Below are positions 12,145-23,400 of a DNA stretch of 64,000 nt, in pieces (position 1 is the first letter of the stretch; the number at the start of each line of letters is the position of its first letter). A program made the translations under genes and the position numbers. The notes below the pieces were generated by a model, which did no database searches, was not told the DNA's origin, and worked only from the letters and a program-made list of their open reading frames with translations. Source of the stretch: Azolla caroliniana (Eukaryota; Plantae; Polypodiophyta); assembly GCA_043228905.1 (NCBI GenBank), contig JBHGNT010000007.1:19654001-19718000 (forward strand), read 5' to 3'.

Positions 12145-13070
12145 TCTACCACCCAGGTCATCTCGTCGCCGGCAAGGTTTATCTCACACTCCTCGGTGAT
12201 GAGCATCAACTCTTCTTCACTTGCCACGATTGTCGTCGTTCCCTTCTGGTCCGGCCCCCTCCGTTCTTTACCGTTCCGGTCCGGGGTTTGCTTCGAATCG
12301 GTACCGTCGGTTTCCTTGTCTTTACAGAAATGCCGACAGTTCTTTTGGAAGTGTCCCGGCTTGCCGCAATAGAAGCAACTAGGCCTCCCCCTTGACTTTG
12401 ACTGTGTCCCCGACTTCTCCCGGTTTTGGGGACTACGATTTCTATGTCTTCCGCGTTCCGATTCGGTAAGAAGCGCTTTGGAGTCGGAGCTCGTATCTTT
12501 GTCTTTCCGACGTGCCTCCTCATCTAGCAAGCTCGACTTTACTCTTGCTAGGGATAACCGTTTTCCTTCCGGCCCGGCATTGCCCAAAGTGACAACCAAC
12601 GTCTCCCAGCTATCCGGGAGGGAACCGAGCAGGAGTAGCGCTAGTACCTCATCGGGAAGAGGTACTTCCAATGGCGTTGCCTGGTGTATCAGCCCCAGGA
12701 AGGCATTCATATGCTCCGCCATGCTAGAGCCATCTTGGTACCGGAGTCTTACTAGCTTCCGAAATACCGAAACTCGATTAACAACATTTTTGTTTTGAAA
12801 CATTATGCCGATGTTCTCCCAGAGCTCATGAGCCTTGCTCTCTTCATTGAAGTTGTTGTACAGGCTCATGTCGATGAAACACCATATGTATGCCCTTGTC
12901 TTCATGTGCATCACCTCCCACATCGCGGCGTCGATTTTGTTCGGTCTCTTGTCCCTGAACTGAACCGGCAGCCAGAGGTCTTTAACAACGAGCATGTCCC
13001 TCATCTTCAACTTCCATACTGAATAGTTGGAGCCGGTGAGCTTGAACATGCCGCCAAATGATTCGTCCAT
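12145..13070 (-). CDS. gag: Copia A1 gag (zinc knuckle) up to the protease motif, cut by B1
   Basis: KLTGSNYSVWK, LLGSLPDSWE, CFYCGKPGHFQKNC, TWVVD at the insertion point. Confidence 0.9.
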
Positions 13071-13101
13071 TTTCTGTGTCGAACCTTGCTCTGATACCAC
13101 T

Positions 13102-13943
13102 TGACGGGAACCCAACGTTCCTTATGCACAACGCTCGGCCACAACCGAGATTCTTTTCATACACAGAAAACGGGAAATAGAACACGACACAAAGAGGAAG
13201 ACAAATACACAGGAGGTTTACGTGGAAAACCCCAAACTAGGGGATTAAACCACGGCAGCCCACGGGCTGCAAACTGTCACTATGTAGGAATGTACAAAAC
13301 AGTGAGTTCACGGAGGCAACGACCTCGTGTTCACGAACTTCGCCACAGGCGGCGGTTACAACAAAGGCAACGACCTCGTCTTTCTCTCTCTCTCTGTACA
13401 GTTGCGCACTCTCTCTTCTTCTTGCACCAACAAGAAAATTAACAACAACATATTAGTTTGCCCTAAGTCATATTTATACTAATATGACTTTTCGGCTATT
13501 TACAAATGTAGCCACGATGGGCTCTCAGAAACATATTTACGAATATGTCTCTTCCTCCGGTTCATACCGGGTCTGCACCATCCGGCTCTCCGTAGCCGGG
13601 TACTCCTCATCCGGTTCATACCGGGTCTGCATCATCCGGCTCTCCGTAGCCAGGTACTCCTCATCCGGTTCGTACCGGGCCTGCACCATCCAGTTCGTAC
13701 CGGGTCTGCATCATCCGGCTCTCCGTAGCCGGGTACTCCTCATCCGGTTCATACCAGGCCTGCATCATCCGGCTGTCCGTAGCCGGGTACTCCTCATCCG
13801 GTTCATACCGGGCCTGTATCATCCGGCTCTCCGTAGCCGGGTACTCCTCATACCGTTTAGGCCTCGGCCTATCGGCCTCAGCCGAGTTTGTTCATCGGCA
13901 CTGTTCTTCTCCCTTCCCATCCGGAGGGACCTGTCTCCCAACA
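13102..13943 (-). repeat. 5' LTR of copia A1 with 54-bp tandem repeats in U3
   Basis: TG...CA ends; PBS follows on the minus strand; repeat array about 13556-13852. Confidence 0.93.
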
Positions 13944-15012
13944 GGGTGCACATTCGGACTAATCCTATCGGTGTTCGCATGGTTGTGATGTCTCGGCTCT
14001 CCACGGCTAGTTGGAATTGGTCATACCCCGAGTATAGGTCTCCGATGGAGTATATCGCACGATCGGCAAAAGCTTCCGCAAATTCGTCCACTATCGGACC
14101 GACTCTCGAGTTCCGGATCGTGACCTTATTCACTGGTTGCAAGTCTTGGATAAATCGGAGTGACCCATTCTTCTTCGGAACTGTAAACCATCGATTTGAG
14201 TACGGAGCAGTTGATGGCTCTAGAATCCCCATCGCCACCTTCTCCTTGAGCAAGTCAATGACTTTCGGAATATGCGCTCGTGGCACCGGAATCGGCTTCA
14301 GGTTCCACGGTACATGGTCAATCGTGAAGATCACGATCGGCTCCACTATTCTCGGATCGACGCACCCTATCTCCCTTGATGTAAATGCAAATGCTTTGCC
14401 GTGTTGCTCCAACATCTCGCGAAACCGTTCTTCTTCTTTTTGTAATAGGAACCCACCTCCACCGATCTGAAGTTTCTTCCGGGTCTCATCCGTGAAGGCA
14501 TGTCCGATATCCACGGACTTCCGAAGTGTCGGATCTCCCAAGACTTCTTTGCTCTTTTGTTCGCTATCGGCGGGTAGTGGTCTCGCGGCCAGTTTCACCT
14601 TCTTCTCCACGGTCTTGTATTTCGTACTTACCATTGCTTCTTCTTTGCGGAGCGTATCCGGCTCCATTTTCGCAATGATCTCGTACATCTCGACCGATTC
14701 CACCGGGACTACCCGGTTCCCTTGGCTTTTATCTTCCGCAAGCTCTTCAAGTCGTTGTAGCATGCTCCCATAGAACACTTCTTCGACTATACCCATGATT
14801 TCTTCATCTTCTTTTATTATTGATGTCGACCGCAACTTATCCTCCACTTGTCGGTATCCTTTCCTCAATCCTCCGGTTACGGTCGTGTACGTAGATGCCC
14901 CATCCGGACCGATTCGTACATGTTTTGCTCCGAGAGTTCTCTTCCTGTGTGGGGTATCAGGGCTTCTCGGACTATCACTTCCCCACTCCGCAACATTCCG
15001 CTTTAAAAATCC
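13944..15012 (-). CDS. pol: G1 pol N-terminal part (linker plus RT N-terminus), in the -1 frame relative to gag-PR
   Basis: PYSNRWFTVPKKNGSLRFIQDLQPVN, DLYSGYDQ; frame is open from the gag stop region to the A1 insertion. Confidence 0.88.
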
Positions 15013-17045
15013 ATTCTCACTTGGGACAAGAGTTCCCTCTTGTTCCTTTCGTGATTTGTCGGCACCGTTAGGAATTGGACGGATTTCCCACCGTTTTGGC
15101 TTCGAATTCGCGCAAAAGCCGCACCGCTATCGAGCACCTTCATCTCCATCCGTGATGCCATGATAAAGGGTTGGCCGAGGATGATGGAATGTGAAACCTC
15201 ATCTTGCACGAAGAAATTTTGGCCGATCTCGACATCCCCGATCTTCACCGTCACATCCGGACAAGCCGTAAATAGATCTTCCGTTGCTTTGGTGGCCGCC
15301 CGAATCTTCCATCCATGGTTGGTGTTAATAGGCCACTTCCCCTTCTGGTAGAACTCCTTGGACATCAAGTTGACCTCTGATCTGTGATCAATCAATGCTA
15401 GCACGGGTTCTTTGATGTTGCCGATTCGGACCGGAGTCTCCGTAGTCGCGCGTGCCCAATGTGGCCTTGTATAGTGGGAGTTCGGAATTTCGTCCTCCAC
15501 TTCGGTGTCGTTCATTAAAACGGTGTTCGCATTCACCCTTGGAGCATTTTCCTCCGTACTTTGTCTTTTTCGCTTCACGAGATCCACGACAAGATCGTGG
15601 AACTCCTTCTTTGCTATTCCGAGTAGCTCTCGAAGAGAGAAATCTACCCGGCTATCCAAGATCCTTTCCTCGAACACTCTTTTCAAGTCGGTTTGTTGTT
15701 CTATGTCCGAGGCGAGCTTGAATGCCGGAGTTGCCTTTTCTTTTCCCTTACCTCCGGAGTTCCAGCTTTCCGGTATCTTCGATGGCCCGGCCGCATCCTC
15801 CGTGCATCGTCGTTTCTCGTCCACATACACCTTATGCAATTGACACAGGGTGTATACGCTATTCTTGTCGATAGGGCACTCCCATCCCGTAGCTTCCCGG
15901 ACGCCTTCCGCGGTGCTTCGGATCTCGTTGGAGTCGGTTTTCTCGGTGTTTTCTAGAACTTCTGGCCAAAAAGACATCTTTGCTCTCGATGACTCCCCGA
16001 CACATATTCCCGCGGTTGTTGCATAGTTGCTTCTTGCTGCCAATTCCTCCTCGAGCACCTTCTTCATGCCGCCTTTCCGGAAGTTCGGTCGGAGTGGCTT
16101 CCGAGAGTCCATCGAATGAATCCAGTTTCCCTCGTAGTAGATGAGATCCCGCCGTAGCGCCTCCTTATGCTCGTCGCAATCCCTCCGATCGTGTTCGGTG
16201 CTATCGCACCATATGCACCGTCGGTCCGTATACTTGGAGCTTGTGGGGCGGTCAACCGACTTCTTCACCATCGCGATCTTCAGATTCTCCATCTCCTTCA
16301 ATAGTTGCTCCACCGTAGATGCATCAATCCCCTTCTCGGTTGTAGTCTCCCGAGCCCTCGGTTGATGGTCTTCCAATTCGGTTCTCGGTTTCGGAATCGG
16401 TTCCGAAACCCTCTTTTCCTCGTTGGCAAGCCATTGCCCCCTCTTTGTGTATCGCGCGACGATATCCCGCACGCTTTCCCATGTTTCGGTGAGGCCACTC
16501 TCCGTGGTCGTGTCCTCCAAGAGCACTCCGAGATCTTTCCGGTCCCGGACGTCCACGGCTCGCAAGAACATGATCACCTGGTCCGGTACGAGGATAACTT
16601 GATCTCTCGCGGACAACCTCCCGAACCGGCTTTCGAATGCCGAAAACACATCAACGACCTTCAATCCCTTGTCCAGCGTCTCCACCCAATCTTCGAATCC
16701 CCTTCGCGTCGCCTTGGAGAAATCCTCGATGGCGAATGTTCTCTTTAGCTCTTCTTCAAACGCCTCCCATGTCGGATTTTGTTGTCGTAGCCCATGGATG
16801 CTTGCTTGAAGCCCGTCAGTCGCCACCCGGTTGAAGGACGTCACTTGCAGTCCTTCCGATATTCCGCACCGTAGCATCTCCGCCTTGTAGTCCCGAAGAT
16901 ACCGCGACACGTCTTTCCCGTTGAATTGCCCGTTTCGTTGCACGAGCCACTCCACTAATGCCGCTATCTCCGACATCGCGCGTTGTTCTTGCAGCATGCG
17001 CTCGAACATCATCATCATGTTGCTAGCCTCCGGTTGATTTTCCAT
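15003..17045 (-). CDS. gag: G1 Gag-protease ORF (680 aa)
   Basis: FNGKDVSRYL gag N-terminus, CIWCDSTEHDRRDC zinc knuckle, ALIDHRSE (DxG mutated) and IILGQPF aspartic protease motifs. Confidence 0.9.
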   Translation of the reverse strand: MENQPEASNMMMMFERMLQEQRAMSEIAALVEWLVQRNGQFNGKDVSRYLRDYKAEMLRCGISEGLQVTSFNRVATDGLQASIHGLRQQNPTWEAFEEELKRTFAIEDFSKATRRGFEDWVETLDKGLKVVDVFSAFESRFGRLSARDQVILVPDQVIMFLRAVDVRDRKDLGVLLEDTTTESGLTETWESVRDIVARYTKRGQWLANEEKRVSEPIPKPRTELEDHQPRARETTTEKGIDASTVEQLLKEMENLKIAMVKKSVDRPTSSKYTDRRCIWCDSTEHDRRDCDEHKEALRRDLIYYEGNWIHSMDSRKPLRPNFRKGGMKKVLEEELAARSNYATTAGICVGESSRAKMSFWPEVLENTEKTDSNEIRSTAEGVREATGWECPIDKNSVYTLCQLHKVYVDEKRRCTEDAAGPSKIPESWNSGGKGKEKATPAFKLASDIEQQTDLKRVFEERILDSRVDFSLRELLGIAKKEFHDLVVDLVKRKRQSTEENAPRVNANTVLMNDTEVEDEIPNSHYTRPHWARATTETPVRIGNIKEPVLALIDHRSEVNLMSKEFYQKGKWPINTNHGWKIRAATKATEDLFTACPDVTVKIGDVEIGQNFFVQDEVSHSIILGQPFIMASRMEMKVLDSGAAFARIRSQNGGKSVQFLTVPTNHERNKRELLSQVRMDF

Positions 17046-17062
17046 CTCCTTGCCACCCGGTT

Positions 17063-17080
17063 TTCACGTCGGGTTCACCA
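17063..17080 (-). promoter_or_regulatory. Primer-binding site complementary to the 3' 18 nt of plant tRNA-Trp(CCA)
   Basis: Plus strand TTCACGTCGGGTTCACCA matches the plant tRNA-Trp 3' end plus CCA as recalled; sits next to the LTR. Confidence 0.85.
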
Positions 17081-17084
17081 ACTG

Positions 17085-17788
17085 TGTCGTGCCTTTCGGC
17101 TCCGGATCGTTGCGTGAGTCGGGTGAGAACCGCCGAGGTTTTGGACTAGGAGGAAGAGGAATACAACTTAAGGCTAGTTATGAATAGTAGAAAGAGAAGT
17201 AAGATAGCAATCTCATGAATCCCACGAGTTTAGTGTATTTAAAACAATATTTAAATTATAAGAGTAATTTTGATGGCAAAATTCGTGAATCCCACGAATA
17301 TATTAGATTGATCAATCCTTGTATATTAATCAACAACCTTATACATATTTCTCTCCTCCTTATATAAAGATGGAAGAGGCTAAGCATGGCTTCATGCTTT
17401 TTCACCAAAAGTGTCCATGCACCCTAAATGTGCATGTGATGCTTTGTCATTTCCTAAGTATAGGGCTCATGCACGCTAGATGTGCATGAGTCACTTTTAA
17501 TGTCACGTGTAAATAAAATATTCACACCCTAAAGAATACATGATTTTTATCTCTTAATAAAGGTATGTGTAAATAAAGGTCTTATACGTATTAAATCTAC
17601 ATGTATAACACTAAAGATAAGTTATTACAATGGTAAAGTTGAGGTTTATCTACGTGGAGGTGCAAGGTTTGAATCCTGCCCTATGCACGTGATAAGTATT
17701 TTGATATATTATTTATTTATTTATATGTATCTAAAATCGGATATATTATTTTATGGTTTTCACGTAGTGTGTGGAATACACTACAACA
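17085..17788 (-). repeat. LTR of G1, with a PBS on one side and a PPT plus integrase tail on the other
   Basis: TGTCGTG...CTACAACA ends (left end could be 17083); TATA-like motif near 17360; PPT GAAGGGGGCGAG at 17789-17800. Confidence 0.85.
17615..17690 (+). other. Degenerate tRNA-like Pol III A-box/B-box module in the G1 LTR
   Basis: TATTACAATGGTAA ... GGAGGTGCAAGGTTTGAATCCTGC with tRNA-like spacing. Confidence 0.5.
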
Positions 17789-18257
17789 CTCGCCCCCTTC
17801 GAACCCGCACATCCTCCGGTATGTGCCGAAGTTCTCGATTCCTGATATCCGTCTTCACCCAAAGCTTCCTCTGATTCTCCCCTTATGTCGACTATGAGTT
17901 GTAATTCACTTTCTTCGCTTCCCGCATCACCGTGGTCTTCGTCCGATTGCTCCTCGTTGTTGGCCTTGGCTTGGATCACATAGGGTTTGTCGTCGGTCTG
18001 CTTCTTGAAAATCTTCACCCGCTTCCCGGCTATAGGCACTCGTAGTATTGTTCCATCCAACTCGGACAGTCGGTACGTTCCGTTGTCAAAGACTTTCCGA
18101 ACCTCGTATGGCCCGAACCACCTTTTTGCGAATTTCCGCATCGTTGTATGTTGATGGTCCAAACTACTGTCATAGACGATCACCCAATCTCCTTCTTCAA
18201 TCCTCCTTGGTCGTAGTCGGTGCTTTGTGTCGAACCGGCTTTTGTTCCGGAACCGTG
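17789..18257 (-). pseudogene. Gypsy integrase C-terminal (GPY/F) fragment plus PPT
   Basis: EEGDWVIVY...KFAKRWFGPYEV...NGTYRLSELDG...AGKRVKIF. Confidence 0.88.
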
Positions 18258-19320
18258 CTTCATATGCAAATGCTCTAGCAAATGAAACTGACAGCTCATT
18301 GTTGACTAGGATCTCCTGATGAACTTTCTGGTGCAGCCTCATGCAGTCATTGTACAAGTCGGCTCATACAGGCTTCAGATTGACCTTGCCTTTGACTCTC
18401 GGCATTGTATATACTGTCATCCAGTTTACATCACTGATCAATTTATCACTTAGGACAGTAGGGTCAACACCCTCGAGTGACAGACCATAGGTGTTGTGGA
18501 AGTCCTCCTTTGTTTCGCAAAATTTTGCGAAGTTTAGCACTCTCGGATACGAAGGAACGAGCCATTTGAAATATCATTTTAGAAATCAGAAATAGTGCAA
18601 AATCAGAATATGTTAGAATCAGAAACCCCAATCAACAACAACAAAAATGGTTCAAAATCTTTAACTTAGCAAATCAGAAACCCTAATCATAATTTGTATT
18701 CAGAAATTTGAAATCAGAAACCCTAATCAAAATCTGTAATCAGAAGTTTGAAATCAGAAACCCTAATCAAAATCTGTAATCAGAAGTTTGTAACCAGAAA
18801 CCCTATTCAGAAATTCTAATCAGAAATTTATAATCAAAAACCCTAATCAGAAATTTCAATCAGAAACCCTAATTAGAAATTTCAATCACAAACCCTAATC
18901 AGAAATCCTAAACAGAAATTTATATACAAAAACCTTATTTAGAAATTCTAATCAGAAATTCTAATCTATAATCAAAATTTGTAACCAGAAACCCTATTCA
19001 AAAATTCTAATCAGAAATTTATAATAAAAAACCCTACTCAAAAATTTCAATCACAAACCCTACTCAGAAATTTCAATCACAAACCCTAATCAGAAATTTC
19101 AATCACAAACCCTAATCAGAAATTCTAATTAGAAATTTATAAACAAAAACCCTAATCAGAAATTTCAATCAGAAACCCCAATCATCACTAAAGACAGGAT
19201 TAAACACAAAAAACGTAATATAAACACACCTGCTGCTACTCCCCGATCTGCGAGACATCCTTGTATGGGACTCCAAGGACTTCGCCGTATTCGATTTTGG
19301 GGAAATATGAATCGGCACCA
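18258..19320 (-). pseudogene. Fragment of an unknown spliced gene (NNE-x4-FARAFA-x-E domain), truncated by gypsy sequence
   Basis: Exon about 18258-18567 reads ...LHQKVHQEILVNNELSVSFARAFAYE with one in-frame stop and resembles 33415-33789; probable GT donor near 19228. Confidence 0.5.
18590..19180. repeat. Degenerate tandem array of ~13-bp subunits containing the telomere/telo-box motif AAACCCTAA
   Basis: Repeated CAGAAACCCTAAT / CAGAAATTTCAAT. Confidence 0.9.
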
Positions 19321-19749
19321 AAGTTCAAACAGTAGTCAAAAAGGAAAAACAAATGTTTGGGGTTTTTGTAACTGAAACATACTTGGACGATGATCAAGCG
19401 GGTTCTGTGTTGTAGCTCTCAATCTGCAATGTCGATTTTCTACTATTGCGGGAGCTACGTCTGCGTTCGTGCTCTGAGTACTCCATCTGCGTTCAAAATC
19501 AAACTTAGGCTAAACAGGAAATTGATGACATTGAAGTCGACCTTAGATGATGGTGCTATTCCTCAAGTTCCACTACGTTTGAAACAGAAGTTCAAATATT
19601 TGAGTTTTTTCATAAATTAGTTTTTCAAATATTTGATTTTCCCACAAAAAAGACTAGTTAAACAAATAGCTAATTAGCTATGGCCATTTTAGTAGCTAAT
19701 TAGCTATAATAGTGTTTCCACTCGCATGCTTTTACCCATGCACTCCAAC

Positions 19750-20456
19750 TTTAGTTGCTTGCGGGCGCCCACATGCCCTTTACTTTATTTCTCTTCACTT
19801 TACTTTAGTTTGTTGCATGATCCAATCTTCCGTCCGTCCGCGTCCAACCTCATTCGGTAGCCGGTTCCGTCCGATCGCCGAATCCCTCACCAGCCGGTTC
19901 CAATTTGCTTACCAGTTCCGATTCCGATTTTGCTTGTCGGCCGGTTCCAGTTTGATTGCCGACCGGTTCTAGTTCCTTGCCAATTCCCGTTCCCGTTCCG
20001 GTTTGTTGGCCGACCGGTTATGGTTCCGGTTTGCTTGCCGATTCCGGTTCCGATTTTGCTTACCGACCGATTTCCGATTTTGCTTACCAGCCAGTTTCCG
20101 ATTTTGCCAGTTTCCGAATTCGCTTACTGACCGGTTTTCGGTTTTGGGAACTTGGCCACCATCATCCATCAAGACAAAGTGGCCAAAGTGCTCTTAGCAC
20201 AAATGAAAAATGAGGGAGCTCAAGGTGCTTATATAGCCAGGGCCTTAAGTTTCCTATCTATGTGGGATAGTTCTAATTTCCCTATCTTTTCAAACTTCAT
20301 TTTCACATAACTTGATATGTATTTCTCCATTTTGTATATAGTAAAATACGTTTTGAAGCTCTTGAGTATATCCATCTTTCTATAGTAAGCTACTAATCTA
20401 ATCTATAATAATTATTTGATTATTTTTTTACATAGTGTGTGAAGATTCACACGACA
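19750..20456. repeat. Probable partial LTR related to the 40310-41458 solo LTR; includes CCGGTT/CCGATT short repeats (19860-20145)
   Basis: Colinear similarity to about 40950-41400; ends in CACGACA; left end not found. Confidence 0.5.
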
Positions 20457-23400
20457 ACGTGTGTAGACAACGAATAAGTCAGGGTAAGTACTAGATTCAC
20501 CCTAGACACTTCTTGGAGATGACGGAGGTATTCCATTTTTTTATATATCAATTCACATTCCATAAATTTTTGTTTTGACCAAGTGTATATTAATGTTTGC
20601 TATATATATTGGTTGATGTAGGCTGAATTGTACATGAACTTTAAAGACCAACATCTAAGCTTGAATGTTGGATTCCGCAAGCTCCAAGGTTTGAAACCAT
20701 ATTATGTTAGAAAATTAAATGAGAGGAATACATGTTGTTGTGTGTACCATGTGAAGATGGACATGTTAAGGCTTGGAGTGAATGCAATGCGTACTGATTC
20801 TAAGGGTATACATGGGGCAATTATGTGTTTGCACTTGTGAGGTTTGTTGACCAAATGGGGAGGATAATAGGTGTAATGCACGAAACATGACTTATGCATC
20901 CGTTTCTGAGTTATGGAGTTCTTGTGTTTGTGAAAAAGAACATCATGTGAGTGGCATCGTCGTACATGTCTTTTAAGAACATGTAAGGTTTGTCCACTAC
21001 CATTATTTTGTAGGCAGGAGCTTGATTTGGGAAACAGTCATGTTGTGAAATGGAAATATTTAGAGTATGTGACTGAAAATATTGGCCAAGGACTTGTAAC
21101 TAAGCGTATCAAGGAAGTATATAAGGAGACATGTGCTGCTACCCTTGTCTCAAAATTTAAGAAACAACTTGGGGAGTTCATTCCACATAACTTCTGGAGT
21201 TATTGGCAAAATTCACAGTTCAAGGAATGTATTAAAATCTTACCAACGGGTGTCATTGTATTCGTTATTGACTTTGCAGAAAACTATACATTTAAAGTTC
21301 AAAAGGAGGTTCAATCAATGCATTGGTACAATGATCAATGTACAATACTTGTACATATTTGCTATTGGAGACAAGGCGGTAAGTTACATAAGAAATCAGT
21401 ATTTTACATTTCAGTTGATAAAAAGCATGATACACTATTTGTTCAACATTGTTTTAAGCTTCACCATGCAGATTTATTGTCTCTAGAGTTTAGCTTTAAA
21501 CATCATTGGGTTTGGTCTGATGGTGCTGCCTCGCAGTTTAAGGCGGCACGATCGTTCTACTTCATCGCCAGGTAATTTTTAATCCATATGTTTAGTACTT
21601 ATAATGCAATGTCTAAGGAAGTAAGTCTTGTGTTAGTGCATGCAGACTATTTATGTTTGTAACTATTCAAACACGGTACTATTCAAATGGATGCATGCAT
21701 ACTAATTATGTTTGTAACTATGTTAAGTGTTCTTGATTGATCACATAGTACCATCCTGTCACGTGGAACTGTGTTTATTATCTTTTAATCCATGTGAAGT
21801 GTTCTCCATAGACACATTGTACTGTGTTGTGTGTTATATTAGTACTAAATCAGTATTTATTGAAGGATGTAAAGTACTTGTCTTGTACTCATGGTATTGG
21901 CCATTCTTAAGAGTTTGTACTAAGTATCTTTTAGTCCATGTTGAGTGCTCTCCATGGACACATTGTATTGTACTGTGTGTTGTATCTATACTAAATCAGT
22001 ATTTATTGAAGGATGTAAAGTACTCGTCTTGTACTCATAGTATTGTCCATCCTTAAGAGTTAGTACTTATTATCTTTTAATCCATGTTGAGTGTTCTCCA
22101 TGGACACACTGTATTGTACTGTGTGTTGTATCTGTACTAAATCAATATTTATTGAAGGATGTAAAGTACATGTCTTGTACTTAGTACTATCCTATATTGA
22201 AGAGTTTGTACTAATTATCTTTTAATCCATGTTGAGTGTTCTCCATGGACACATTGTATTGTACTGTGTGTTGTATCTGTACTAAATCAATATTTGTTGA
22301 AGGATGTAAAGTGCATGTCTTGTACTTAGTATTGTCCTATATTGAAGAGTTTGTACTTATTATCTTTTAATCCATGTTGAGTGTTCTCCATGGACACACT
22401 GTATTGTATTGTGTGTTGTATCTATAATAAATCAGTATTTATTGAAGGATGTAAAGTACATGTCTTGTACTCATAGTACTGTCCTATATTGAAGAATTTG
22501 TACTAATTATCTTTTAATCCATGTTGTGTTCTCCATGGACACATTGTATTGTACTATGTGTTTTATCTGTACTAAATCAGTATTAATGGATGTAAAGTAC
22601 TCGTTGTCAACAACATAGTATTGTCCAATATTGAAGAGTTTGAACTAATTATCTTTTAATACATGTAGAGTGTTTTGCATGAACACATTGTACTATGCTT
22701 TGTGTTGTATCCATACTAAATTAGTATTAATGGATGCTAAGTATAGATGGTTGACAACATAGTACTATTTATCTTTTAATCAGTGTAGCGTGTTCTCCAT
22801 GGATATGTTGTGTTATACTTTGTTTTGTATTTGTACTAAATCAATATTAATGGATGTATAGTACTCTCGATTGACAACATAGTACTAATAATTGTTGGAA
22901 ACCTAGGATACAAAAGCAGATACTTCTCCTTATTCAACATTCGTATGCAATGGAACTACTTCGGGTCTGGACATGGAAAAGGAGAGCATGATGGCGCGGG
23001 GGCTGTGATCAAACGTGCCCTTACAAGTGAGCAGTTGGATAATAATGGTGCTAAGTTTCAAAATGCACATGATGTTGTGGAGTGGCTAACATGGAAGATG
23101 TCAAATGATGGTAAGAACAAATTGTTTGTTGAGATTCGCGCTGATGAGGTAGATAGAACTAAATCATATAGTTGTAAAACCGTGAAAGGCACACGAAGCA
23201 CCTATTGTGTATTAGGGTTTAGCAGCAAGGACACAACACAATTGTTACTCCGTACTTTATCATGCTTTTGTTCCATGTGTATAGATGAAGCTTGGGAAAA
23301 ATGCATCAACCTATCAATCGTGGAGCCTTGGAAGTTGCAAAAGCTTGAGCCTAAACCACAAGATGATATTGAAGAGGATGCACATTCAAACGATATTGTA

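Larger units (their letters stand above)
1772..13943 (-). mobile_element. Ty1/copia element A1, degenerate, carrying nested copia B1 and an internal tandem duplication
   Basis: 5' LTR 13102-13943, PBS-Met 13088-13099 (TGGTATCAGAGC), gag-PR-IN-RT-RH order, PPT about 2500-2509, 3' LTR 1772-2497 (U5 end truncated). Confidence 0.95.
1..18257 (-). mobile_element. Ty3/gypsy LTR retrotransposon G1 (tRNA-Trp primed, probably non-chromovirus), interrupted by copia A1; continues left of the window
   Basis: On the minus strand: LTR 17085-17788, PBS 17063-17080, gag-PR ORF, then RT, RNase H and integrase in gypsy order. RT is split between MRTPIGLVRMCTL (13944) and HMMNTMNKVLRD (1769). Confidence 0.92.

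Noticed and set aside
13484-14470. 328-aa plus-strand ORF with repeats (also 2229-2495, 48138-48671, 52973-53512)
   Set aside because: Read-through of the 54-bp LTR array and antisense RT; it crosses an insertion junction.
18590-19180. Interstitial telomere or chromosome fusion scar
   Set aside because: No contiguous (TTTAGGG)n; the motif is embedded in longer units.
21770-22890. Regular repeats resembling a CRISPR array
   Set aside because: Whole units repeat with no unique spacers, no cas genes, and the context is a eukaryotic intron.
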